From IMG/VR virus record IMGVR_UViG_3300025695_000014, positions 1-54,511 of that record: a stretch of 54,511 bases of DNA; one strand, written 5' to 3'. Both the position numbers and the translations under genes were made by a program. A model generated the notes under the pieces. The model had not been told where the DNA came from. It did no database searches and saw only the letters and a program-made list of their open reading frames with translations. Below are positions 35,887-44,924 of the stretch, piece after piece; the first letter of the stretch is position 1, and every line of letters starts with the position of its first letter. Source of the stretch: a virus (lineage: Duplodnaviria > Caudoviricetes).

Positions 35887-36019
35887 GCACGTTTGCAAAC
35901 ACTGCTTGAACATTCAATACATTTCATCTAAGATGTTCGAATATGCCTCACGCATTCTGTGTCGTGTGTGTTCGAACCCAATAAACAAACAAGACACGCA
36001 GGAGAAAAAAGATGTCTAA
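35879..36019 (+). CDS. 46-aa zinc-ribbon protein
   Basis: Not in track; CKHC...CRVC. Confidence 0.55.
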   Translation: MIKHVCKHCLNIQYISSKMFEYASRILCRVCSNPINKQDTQEKKDV

Positions 36020-37940
36020 TACGCTACCTACCCCCTATCAACAATTCATTCACAAGTCACGCTACGCTCGTTGGCTAGATGAGGAGTCTCGCCGTGAAGA
36101 CTGGCACGAGACTGTCGAACGCTACGTTGACTACATGACTAATCACGTTCGTGAGAAGAATGCGTATGAGATGCCTAACCAGTTACGCCGCGAACTCACA
36201 CAGGCTATCATCAGCCTAGATGTCATGCCTTCTATGAGGGCTATAATGACCGCAGGGGCGGCTCTAGCACGGGATAATATCTGTGGGTATAACTGTTCGT
36301 ACATCCCCGTAGACAGCCCTCGTTCGTTCGATGAGGCTATGTACATTTTGATGTGTGGCACAGGGGTAGGTTTCAGTGTTGAGCGTGAGAACGTCGATAA
36401 GTTGCCTGTCATCAGTGAGAACTTCAGCATTTCAGATATTGTCATCAACGTTGCAGATAGCAAGGTAGGGTGGGCGAAGGCATTTCGCGAACTCGTCGCG
36501 CTTCTCTATGCGGGTACGATACCCTCGTGGGATGTGAGTGGGATTCGCCCTGCAGGTGCAAGACTGAAGACTATGGGGGGACGGGCATCCGGACCACAAC
36601 CATTGATTGATCTCTTCAACTTTGCAGTGTCTATGTTCAGGAAGGCGGCAGGACGTCGCCTCTATCCTATCGAAGCACACGACTTGATGTGTAAGGTAGG
36701 TGAGGTTGTCGTCGTTGGCGGAGTTCGTCGCTCTGCTCTGATATCCTTGTCGAACCTGAATGATGACCAAATGGCACACGCCAAAGCGGGTATGTGGTGG
36801 GAGAACGAGGGGCAACGTGCGTTGGCGAACAACTCTGTTGCTTACAAGTCCAAGCCTGAGATTGGAACGTTCATGCGTGAGTGGGTGTCCCTCTACGACA
36901 GTAAGTCCGGTGAGCGAGGCATGTTCAATCGTGAAGCAGCAGACAAGCAAGTTGCTCGTAACGGACGTCGGGAAACAGGACACGCTTGGGGTACGAACCC
37001 TTGCTCCGAAATCATCCTTCGCCCCTACCAGTTCTGCAACCTGTCAGAGGTTGTGGTTCGCTCACACGATACCCTAAATGACCTGAAGCGGAAGGTTCGC
37101 CTCGCAACCATCTTGGGTACGTTGCAATCAACCTTGACCGATTTCAAATACTTGAGAAAGATATGGAAAGACAACACAGAAGAAGAACGCTTATTGGGCG
37201 TATCGTTGACTGGTATCATGGATCACAACGTTCTAGCCGGAATGACAGACAGTCGCACATGGCTAACAGAAATGAAGAAGGTAGCCATCGACACAAACTC
37301 GGAGCTTGCCCAGACGCTTGGAATCCCACAGAGCAGTGCAATCACCTGTGTAAAGCCGTCGGGTACTGTATCACAACTGGTAGACAGTGCAAGTGGGATT
37401 CACGCTAGGCACAACGACTACTATATCAGGACGGTTCGCGGCGATAACAAAGACCCGTTGACCCAGTTCCTTATAAACGAGGGTGTCCACAACGAACGGG
37501 ACGTCATGAAACCGGATGCGACAACAGTCTTTTCGTTTGCGATGAAGAGTCCGGACAATGCTGTCCTTCGTGATGACAGGACTGCTATCGAGCAGTTAGA
37601 GTTGTGGAAGCTCTACGCGAACTATTGGTGTGAACACAAGCCATCAATCACCGTGTCTGTAAAGGAACACGAGTGGATGGAAGTCGGGGCGTGGGTCTAC
37701 GAGAACTTCGATGTTTCATCAGGCGTCTCGTTCCTACCCTTCAGTGACCACACCTACCAACAAGCCCCGTATCAGGATATCGAACCGGACGACTACCACG
37801 ATTGGCAAAAGTCTTACGAACACGTGGTCTTGGATTGGAACAAGCTGACTGACTTCGAGAAGGAAGACAACACCAGTGGTTCGCGGGAATTGGCTTGCAC
37901 AGCAGGTGTCTGTGAAGTTGTTGACTTAACGGCTGCGTAG
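36012..37940 (+). CDS. nrdJ: Class II (adenosylcobalamin-dependent) ribonucleotide reductase
   Basis: YNCSY, TNPCSEI, FCNLSE, KPSGTVSQL, C-terminal ELACTAGVCE; no beta-subunit gene present. Confidence 0.9.
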   Translation: MSNTLPTPYQQFIHKSRYARWLDEESRREDWHETVERYVDYMTNHVREKNAYEMPNQLRRELTQAIISLDVMPSMRAIMTAGAALARDNICGYNCSYIPVDSPRSFDEAMYILMCGTGVGFSVERENVDKLPVISENFSISDIVINVADSKVGWAKAFRELVALLYAGTIPSWDVSGIRPAGARLKTMGGRASGPQPLIDLFNFAVSMFRKAAGRRLYPIEAHDLMCKVGEVVVVGGVRRSALISLSNLNDDQMAHAKAGMWWENEGQRALANNSVAYKSKPEIGTFMREWVSLYDSKSGERGMFNREAADKQVARNGRRETGHAWGTNPCSEIILRPYQFCNLSEVVVRSHDTLNDLKRKVRLATILGTLQSTLTDFKYLRKIWKDNTEEERLLGVSLTGIMDHNVLAGMTDSRTWLTEMKKVAIDTNSELAQTLGIPQSSAITCVKPSGTVSQLVDSASGIHARHNDYYIRTVRGDNKDPLTQFLINEGVHNERDVMKPDATTVFSFAMKSPDNAVLRDDRTAIEQLELWKLYANYWCEHKPSITVSVKEHEWMEVGAWVYENFDVSSGVSFLPFSDHTYQQAPYQDIEPDDYHDWQKSYEHVVLDWNKLTDFEKEDNTSGSRELACTAGVCEVVDLTAA

Positions 37941-37970
37941 TGATAGAGTGTAGTGGATTAGAAAATAAAA

Positions 37971-38046
37971 GCTGGGGTAGTTCAAATGGCAGAACGTCTG
38001 CATTGTAGGCAGGATGTTGGGAGTTCAAGTCTCTCCCCCAGCACCA
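37971..38046 (+). tRNA. tRNA-Thr(UGU)
   Basis: Full cloverleaf: GCTGGGG/CCCCAGC, anticodon stem TCTGC/GCAGG, loop ATTGTAG, TTCAAGT T-loop, encoded CCA. Confidence 0.85.
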
Positions 38047-38050
38047 AGAT

Positions 38051-38124
38051 AAGGGTGTAGCTCAAATTGGATAGAGCGTCTGTATCCGTTCAGACTGTTG
38101 TGGGTTCGATTCCCATCACCCTTA
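38051..38124 (+). tRNA. Atypical tRNA-like element (Arg-CCG-like, non-canonical anticodon arm, no CCA)
   Basis: AAGGGTG/CACCCTT, D-arm GCTC-AAATTGGATA-GAGC, T-arm GTGGG-TTCGATT-CCCAT; anticodon arm GTCTG-TATCCGTT-CAGAC. Confidence 0.7.
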
Positions 38125-38376
38125 TAGGGAAAGGTTGTATCGCCCTTTATAATAGGATTAACACTCTACGGCTGCTGCCTATATATTAGAGTATGATGCG
38201 TGACATCAACCCTACTACTCTAAGTGCTGCAGCAACCATCCTGCTCCCTAATTCTAGTCAAGGGGTTTGGTGGGTACTAGACCAGCAGGATAAAGTCCTG
38301 AGCATGACTTAAAAAGGCTCACTTATTGTCTTGTATATAAGTCATTAAAGGGCTTAACGACTGACATATAAGACAT
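38125..38376 (+). ncRNA. Structured non-coding region (one or more RNAs)
   Basis: Several nested helices, an H-type pseudoknot and a long hairpin; no ORF. Confidence 0.45.
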
Positions 38377-38400
38377 GGTTAGGATGAAAGAGAGAAAGCA

Positions 38401-38688
38401 ATGAGTAAGCAAATTATTTCTATCAACGAAGATTACAGAATTGAGGTTGACCATCCAAACTACACATTGCAGGTGTCTTATTTGAGCAAGAAAGACAACG
38501 AGGTAAAGTGGCGCAATGAAGGCTTCTATTCGTCTGTCAGCGGTGCGGTAAAAAAGTTTATTCAGTTAAACGTACTGGATGAGAAAGAGATGCCTCTGTT
38601 CGATTATGCCATTAACGTCATGGCATCAGCAGAGATAGCTGTTGCAAAAGAGATAACCAGTGTCATAGCATCCGCAAAGCGGTGGTAA
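38401..38688 (+). CDS. Hypothetical protein
   Basis: 95 aa, W...GFYSS motif. Confidence 0.7.
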   Translation: MSKQIISINEDYRIEVDHPNYTLQVSYLSKKDNEVKWRNEGFYSSVSGAVKKFIQLNVLDEKEMPLFDYAINVMASAEIAVAKEITSVIASAKRW

Positions 38689-38702
38689 AGAAAGGACAAG
38701 CA

Positions 38703-38957
38703 ATGTTAAAAAGAGACTTATTTATCACGATCCATATGTTCGATAATAAAAACCCAGCCAAAGAGGTGTCGCTTCGTAAGGTTATATCAAACTATGACTT
38801 AATAAAGGATCACGGTAGGCATGATATCGTATTGGAATTTATGCGTGATATGCTTATTCAGGTTGATAGAAGTTCAGCCAAGCTAATGGCAGAGGATAAA
38901 GTAGTTGAGGTTGATTACGGTGAGTTTAAGACAACAGAGTTTCCTGTGTCACTTTAG
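38703..38957 (+). CDS. Hypothetical protein
   Basis: AAAGGA SD. Confidence 0.6.
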   Translation: MLKRDLFITIHMFDNKNPAKEVSLRKVISNYDLIKDHGRHDIVLEFMRDMLIQVDRSSAKLMAEDKVVEVDYGEFKTTEFPVSL

Positions 38958-38976
38958 TGGCTGTTAACGCAGGAAC

Positions 38977-39119
38977 GCATAGTGACTGAACAACCCTCTG
39001 TAACGGGGGTAAAGTATACACGGGGAGTGGTCCTCCTGCTCAACCAGCTAACGTGTAGTTCGGGTGAAGTATAGGAAGTTACTAGCCTGATGTGGGTAAT
39101 ATCCAAATCCCACCTATGC
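38977..39119 (+). ncRNA. Structured RNA, manA-motif-like
   Basis: Closing helix GCATAG/CTATGC; GTGACTGAA; ACCCTC/GGGGGT; TACACG/CGTGTA; TGGT/ACCA; GTGGG/CCCAC. Family name recalled, not searched. Confidence 0.55.
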
Positions 39120-39140
39120 ACTTAAATTGAGGAGTTGACA

Positions 39141-39344
39141 ATGGTAGGCACGATTGATATACAAGAATACATCGAACATGAGGACGGCAGTGCCACCATC
39201 ACGTTTGATTGCGACGTCAAGACACGGGAACTTCTTGTTGGTCTAGGTCTCGTGTCCCTTCTTGAGAAGGCAGTAAACAAAGAGGATGGATATACTGTAT
39301 CCAGCTCTGATCAACCGGAGTTTGATTTCGATGATAGAGGTTAA
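39141..39344 (+). CDS. Hypothetical protein
   Basis: EHEDGSATITFD motif, GAGGAG SD. Confidence 0.7.
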   Translation: MVGTIDIQEYIEHEDGSATITFDCDVKTRELLVGLGLVSLLEKAVNKEDGYTVSSSDQPEFDFDDRG

Positions 39345-39834
39345 GTTAACAAAAGACATTATGGATCGTGCCAAAAAGAAAGCTGCCTCAGTCGGTATCT
39401 TACCGGGCAGCATAACAGGTGGCTTGAGTAATGTTGTTGGAGCAATAGGTGAAGTGATTGTTGGAGACGTGCTGGATGCAGAGCATGTCAACACGGTTCA
39501 TTACGATCTTGTAAAGAACAATAACCGCATTGATGTCAAAACGAAGCGTTGCAACACCAAACCCTTTCCCAACTACGATTGCAGTGTTGCGGCACACGGA
39601 TCAAGCCAAGACTGTGACACCTATGTATTTGTTCGTGTCAAGATTGATATGACGCGAGCTTGGATACTTGGGGGGATATCAAAGGGCAGATTTTTGCAAC
39701 AGGCTACACGCTATTCGAAGGGTGATGTTGACCCCAGCAATGGGTTTGTATTCAGAGCGGATTGTTACAACATTCCCATTTCAAAACTTGAGGATATCCA
39801 TGTCAAAGAAACTAGCCAAGTGTACGCTGTTTGA
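39331..39834 (+). CDS. Restriction-endonuclease-fold (PD-(D/E)XK) protein
   Basis: GAIGE...YDL...IDVKTK...DTYVFV. Confidence 0.6.
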   Translation: MIEVKLTKDIMDRAKKKAASVGILPGSITGGLSNVVGAIGEVIVGDVLDAEHVNTVHYDLVKNNNRIDVKTKRCNTKPFPNYDCSVAAHGSSQDCDTYVFVRVKIDMTRAWILGGISKGRFLQQATRYSKGDVDPSNGFVFRADCYNIPISKLEDIHVKETSQVYAV

Positions 39835-40024
39835 TCTGCACTTCTTTCTTAGTGAAAAAGGACAAATCGAAATCGAAATGTCCAGCGTTGATCCGGATGT
39901 TTTTAGAGATGCAATGGAAAGTGGGTTCCCCGAATACGAAGGAACCCACAAGGTAGCCAGTCTGTTACGCTACCTTAATTCAATCGGTAGCGAGATACGC
40001 GAGACATCAAAGCGGTATTTTTAA
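39800..40024 (+). CDS. Hypothetical protein
   Basis: GAGGA SD; last + strand gene. Confidence 0.65.
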   Translation: MSKKLAKCTLFDLHFFLSEKGQIEIEMSSVDPDVFRDAMESGFPEYEGTHKVASLLRYLNSIGSEIRETSKRYF

Positions 40025-40281
40025 CGCTTATTCTTTTTAGCCATGCCGCCGTACATCATGCCCATTCCGGTGCGGGGCATACTCATAGCGGTGTTCCTCA
40101 TCATATCTTGTTGACGCTTATCTTGTGCCATCTGGTCAGGGGTTGCAGACATCATACCACCCATCTGGGCTTTCTTGCGAGGCTTGGTCTTTTTAGCCAT
40201 ACCGCCGTACATCATTGGTTTGCGACGAGCTGCGCCACCATACATCATTCCCTTGCGGGGTCCGTTATTGTAAGTTTTCAT
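40021..40281 (-). CDS. Met/Gly/Lys-rich small protein
   Basis: MMYGG x3, AQMGG. Confidence 0.7.
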   Translation of the reverse strand: MKTYNNGPRKGMMYGGAARRKPMMYGGMAKKTKPRKKAQMGGMMSATPDQMAQDKRQQDMMRNTAMSMPRTGMGMMYGGMAKKNKR

Positions 40282-43200
40282 CGTGTTAAGTTCCTTATGT
40301 CTAGGCTAGGGATGTAAAGTCCTTCTTCACCACGAGGGATAACACCGCCTGTTTCAAAAATTTTGCGCTGTTCTGGTGAAGGAAAGGAGAAGATTGTTGT
40401 TTCATATTTGCGACCGATTGGATCAACAACGGTCTGGGTCTTGACGTCAGTGACGGTGTGCTGTTGGGTTATGCCCAAAAGAAGAAGAGACTCGATACGA
40501 GCGTTGCGAATAGGATCAAGGGGCTTCCCTGTACGCATCGTTTCAAGTAACAGTTTGCCAAGTTCCGGATCGTTGATCATTGATGTCAGCAACTTGTAGT
40601 TTCTGCCGCGCATTGTTTGCAACAGGGCTTCTGTCCCAACGTACTTCGGACTGATAACGCCCCTGTTGATAGCATAGATACGGCTGATAACACTTTCAAC
40701 CGACATGCTTCCCGGAATACCTCTGATACCCATAGCCATCGGGTTGCTTTCCAATTCGGACAAGAACCCGTATATTGTCTCTGCCATGTCGTAACGCTCA
40801 TCACCAAGAATTTGCCGTGCTACTGCTTTTTGCTCATCAGTCTTACCAAGAAACTGTTCGAGTCCAGCAGGATTTATTTTAACGGCATCAACTTCCACGT
40901 ACTTTCCATCAACAACTTTTCTTCCCTCTACGCTGTCAAAAGAGGAGATAGGTACAAGAGTCTTCTTTCCGGTTTTGACGAATGTCGCGTTTTCAAGAGT
41001 TAGCATGTAGATGTCGGTGAGGTTCTTATCTACTAGTTCAGCCGCATCTACATCTGACAGGCCCCTTGCTTTTGCACCATCTAGCATGGCGTTACGAATA
41101 GAGTTGTATTGATCAGAGCCACCCGTTATAAGAGATTGTGCAACTCGTTCAGAAGAGAAGTTGGCAGGAAGCCCCGAAACATCACGGATGATTTGAATTG
41201 TTTTTCCCAGTTCAGCAACCCTATCTTTTGCAGGTTCGGTCGCAACCTTGATTGCGTCGTCAACCTTAGCCGTTATAATCTCTTGTGTTTCGTCAAACAA
41301 CTGCTTACCAACAGCCTTACTGCTGTACCCATAAAGGTCATCAATCAAAGCACCAGTATCAATCAACGGCACACGTTCTCCGTTGGCGTTTATCATCGTA
41401 ACGTTGTTGTTTAGATTAGTGAGAAAGTCTTTTCGTTGAGCATCAGACATACCATCAAAGTTCTCCATCATGAATTCGCTGACGGCTGCTTTTAGATGTG
41501 TCTGGACGTTCTTGGTGTTGGGTGCGTTTTCACGGAAGGATCTCATAACCTGTCCAGTTTCAGGAATAATTGTTTTATCACCCAGTGCGCGACCCACGGA
41601 TGCCATCCAGTTGTTGGCGTAGGACTTGTCGTTAGCGAGGCGTTCAATCTTAAGCCAGTTATTTGGGTTTTCCTTGAATGCCGTGCCACCGGGGTGCATT
41701 GCACTTACACTTTCTTTCTTTTGGTTGCCCCAACTCATGAAGCCCGGAACAATACCCCCGTCAACATCATCAAACCACGCTCTTTTGTAGTCTGACCACC
41801 CTCTGTTTGCTTGCTCAAGGTATTGACCAAAAGGCATTGAGCCTCCCTCGATTGATTGGTGCTGGATATTTAACATGCCAATTGGATTACCGTCAACTTC
41901 AAACTGGTTAAACTTGTCTTTGAGTAAGTCGTCAACGCTGCCAAGTTTGTTAAACACAGCCCCACTGTCTTGGTTTTTCCACTTGAGTGTAGATATGGTT
42001 GAACCAAATTCGCGCAATTGTTCGGGGTTCAATTGGAACATAGCTCTGTTGCCGTTCTTGTAGGCTTCCATAGCGATGATTGCTTGAACGTTAGCTCCGT
42101 CTGGAAATGAAACGCCCTTAGATTCAAGGTCAGCTTTTATATCGCTTATCACTTGATTTTTGCTTTGGCCCCTGTTTGTAGCCAACGTTTCAAAGAACGG
42201 ATCGGTAAATGATACAACGTTCTTTTCAAACATACGTTTGTCAGCCGCACTGATGTCACTTTTTGTCACCCGGACAAGAGGAACCATTCCGGGAATCTCT
42301 ACCTTCATCAACGAGTCAAACAAATCGAAGGCATCGACTGTTGGTACACCATCAATGACTTCCCCAGCGGCAGTGAGATATGTGACTTTTGGGTCAGACA
42401 TAATCGTGTAAGGACGTTGAGCGGAATTTAGTGCTTCAGCGTGTTTGAGTTGCATGTGCATCGAAAACAAGCCACTTGCTGACGTATACTGGGGAATGTC
42501 CGGAAGTGACTCTTGTCTAGCAACTCCGGTTCGTACGGCAGTACGGGCTGATTCGCTGTCCCCCAATTCAGAAACAATCTTGTTTGATTTGTTTGAAAGT
42601 TGTCCGGCTATAAAGTCTGTTTGTTCAGATTGCATAGCCCTAAACTGATCGGCGTTCAGATCTGTGTTGTTGATAAGGCTGTGACGAAGTAGGGTTGCAA
42701 TAGCTGATTCAAAGGAGTAACTTTTTCCGGATCTGAGTGCTGTCGGTTCAAACGCACCACTGCGCCCATTGATTTGCGACAGGTAGTGACCAACACCCTT
42801 CTTTGCAATGATATCATTTGCTTTGCTGATTTCATCACGAACATCCTCAAGACCTGTTTCAAACTGGCGAACCATCTCAAGAAAGTTTGATTCGGCTTCG
42901 TTTGTTGGTTTAAAATCAACAACAATCCTGTTTAATTCAGCGTTCAGTTCTGTTTCGAGACGCTGCAATCTCTGCAAATTCTCAGACTCAGCAGAACCAA
43001 TCACACCCTTAACACTGATTTCCCGTTGAACAGTATCAACCAAGTGGCGCAACGTTACAATGTCGGTTATGACAGGCAGAGTTAAGTCAAGCGCATCTTC
43101 TTGTACCCCAAGATCTATCAACTTGTTGCGATACTCATCCATCTTTTGGGCTTGGTATGTGATAAGATCGCGCATTTCTGGGCTGTAGTTTTGCAACCGT

Positions 43201-44924
43201 CTGGCAATAAATTCTATCTTTTTGCGATTGCCTCTACCAACTGTACCCATAGTTGCAAGAAGGTTGGGCATTTTTCCTTTTGCAATGGACATGCCAAGCC
43301 CCGTACCAAGACCGATTAACTCACCCATCTCTGCATCAATCGAATCAGAGAATTCACCAAAGAATGTACCAAATGCTGCAGAACCAACAATCATGTAGTT
43401 ATCTTGGATGTTTGTGTCGCGAATAAACTTTGGTGTGTTGCTACGACGAGTAACAGCAACCAACTTGTACTGTAAATCCAGTGCTTGACTATCAATACGA
43501 TCAATCTGCTTTTGAATTGAAGGATTCAAGGGATCCTCGTTCAGCCGCTGAACTAACTTTCCCCGTCTTTCATCATAAACAGAAAGGCTATCAAGTATTT
43601 GTTTGACTTCTGTCCGTTCGTTCACGGGAAGATTAGCATCTTGGACTTGATATGCTTGACCAATGCGCTGCTGATACCCTCCCTTAAGCCGACCAAATGG
43701 TCCCCACGCCAAACCTCGTTCTTCGGTAAAGTTTTCAAGAATCTGAGAGTCGGTTAGATTTGGGTTAACTTTGCGTTGATTTTCAGCAAACTCGTTAAAG
43801 AGCTTTAAGTCTGCTTCAGAGCGAAAATATTGACGAGCATTGGAAATGCTAGTACCTGCCCTGACTTCAGCCGCAAGTTGGATTGTACGAGGTAAGTACC
43901 CTGTGTACATGCTTGCTAAGTCTTCAGCAATCCCAAGAGAAATTTCAATGTTGTTTTCTGCACCCCATTCTTGGATGCGATAAGAAGACGGCTCCCACCA
44001 CGAATCCATTATGTCGCCACGTGTTTGGTAGTCTGCGATGGCAGGACCGTCCATACCAAAACTGTTTGCAAGCAAGCCACTGATCTCCCCTGCACCCCAC
44101 AGGGTTGTTTCAGCAGTTGCCTTAATGGTGTTTTCACCGAACCCAGTGACAACTCGCTGTAACTCATCCATCCCGTAGCCCTTCATCCCTTTGTTGATGA
44201 TCATGTAACGAGCGCGAGCATCCATACCTTTTTCAATCAGGTACTCGTTCATGTACTGGGCGTAGGTTGCGCGACCAAACTCAGGATCGGGACTAAAGAC
44301 CGTACCAAACAATTTGTTGGCAAATTGAGCGCGACGCACGTCGTCGAAAGTGATTGCCCCTGCTTCAAGAGACATCCCAATTCGTTCAGGTAACTTGGTA
44401 AAACGGGTGATTGCTTCGTCCCACGGGATGGGTTTCACTAGACCTTCTGGATTATATTCGCTAGGGTAAACTATGGATACTGCGCCAAACTTGTTGGCTG
44501 CTTCGATCTTTTCTTCAGCAGACATTCTCCTAACATCGAACGAGTCACCTTTTGCATTAACAAACCGAATTGCCTTTTGCCACTGGTTCTGGACCCACTC
44601 CTTGTCGTCGAACGGAAGAATGTCGGTAACTGACACGTCAATGTTCTGGGCTTTCGTCCAGTCATATTTAATTCCCCGTTCGGTGGTGACACCTGTTCCA
44701 AGAAACTGGGTGTCGGTAAACGGAATCTTGAACTCTTCGCGGGTAACTTCGATGTCTTCGGGTTTGAACGTTTTTGGTTCAGTTACAGGTTCAAACATGC
44801 CTTCACGAGGCGTCATATCTTTTGCAACTTCTTCTGTTGCAGCTATGGTTGGTCCTTTTGCTAAGATATTAAGAGCTTGTCCGGCAAGCCCCAATTCGTC
44901 CATCTGTTCGTTTTGATCAGCCAT
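40278..44924 (-). CDS. Large internal virion (ejection) protein
   Basis: 1548 aa helical ORF at the end of the structural operon. Confidence 0.7.
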   Translation of the reverse strand: MADQNEQMDELGLAGQALNILAKGPTIAATEEVAKDMTPREGMFEPVTEPKTFKPEDIEVTREEFKIPFTDTQFLGTGVTTERGIKYDWTKAQNIDVSVTDILPFDDKEWVQNQWQKAIRFVNAKGDSFDVRRMSAEEKIEAANKFGAVSIVYPSEYNPEGLVKPIPWDEAITRFTKLPERIGMSLEAGAITFDDVRRAQFANKLFGTVFSPDPEFGRATYAQYMNEYLIEKGMDARARYMIINKGMKGYGMDELQRVVTGFGENTIKATAETTLWGAGEISGLLANSFGMDGPAIADYQTRGDIMDSWWEPSSYRIQEWGAENNIEISLGIAEDLASMYTGYLPRTIQLAAEVRAGTSISNARQYFRSEADLKLFNEFAENQRKVNPNLTDSQILENFTEERGLAWGPFGRLKGGYQQRIGQAYQVQDANLPVNERTEVKQILDSLSVYDERRGKLVQRLNEDPLNPSIQKQIDRIDSQALDLQYKLVAVTRRSNTPKFIRDTNIQDNYMIVGSAAFGTFFGEFSDSIDAEMGELIGLGTGLGMSIAKGKMPNLLATMGTVGRGNRKKIEFIARRLQNYSPEMRDLITYQAQKMDEYRNKLIDLGVQEDALDLTLPVITDIVTLRHLVDTVQREISVKGVIGSAESENLQRLQRLETELNAELNRIVVDFKPTNEAESNFLEMVRQFETGLEDVRDEISKANDIIAKKGVGHYLSQINGRSGAFEPTALRSGKSYSFESAIATLLRHSLINNTDLNADQFRAMQSEQTDFIAGQLSNKSNKIVSELGDSESARTAVRTGVARQESLPDIPQYTSASGLFSMHMQLKHAEALNSAQRPYTIMSDPKVTYLTAAGEVIDGVPTVDAFDLFDSLMKVEIPGMVPLVRVTKSDISAADKRMFEKNVVSFTDPFFETLATNRGQSKNQVISDIKADLESKGVSFPDGANVQAIIAMEAYKNGNRAMFQLNPEQLREFGSTISTLKWKNQDSGAVFNKLGSVDDLLKDKFNQFEVDGNPIGMLNIQHQSIEGGSMPFGQYLEQANRGWSDYKRAWFDDVDGGIVPGFMSWGNQKKESVSAMHPGGTAFKENPNNWLKIERLANDKSYANNWMASVGRALGDKTIIPETGQVMRSFRENAPNTKNVQTHLKAAVSEFMMENFDGMSDAQRKDFLTNLNNNVTMINANGERVPLIDTGALIDDLYGYSSKAVGKQLFDETQEIITAKVDDAIKVATEPAKDRVAELGKTIQIIRDVSGLPANFSSERVAQSLITGGSDQYNSIRNAMLDGAKARGLSDVDAAELVDKNLTDIYMLTLENATFVKTGKKTLVPISSFDSVEGRKVVDGKYVEVDAVKINPAGLEQFLGKTDEQKAVARQILGDERYDMAETIYGFLSELESNPMAMGIRGIPGSMSVESVISRIYAINRGVISPKYVGTEALLQTMRGRNYKLLTSMINDPELGKLLLETMRTGKPLDPIRNARIESLLLLGITQQHTVTDVKTQTVVDPIGRKYETTIFSFPSPEQRKIFETGGVIPRGEEGLYIPSLDIRNLTR

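Noticed and set aside
35890-36011. Cobalamin riboswitch upstream of nrdJ
   Set aside because: The region is occupied by a small coupled ORF and shows no B12-box
37971-38124. tRNAs as attP/prophage boundary
   Set aside because: No duplicated tRNA 3' end and no host genes anywhere in the window
40278-44924. Virion RNA polymerase
   Set aside because: No recognisable single- or multi-subunit RNAP catalytic motifs; size and position fit an ejection protein
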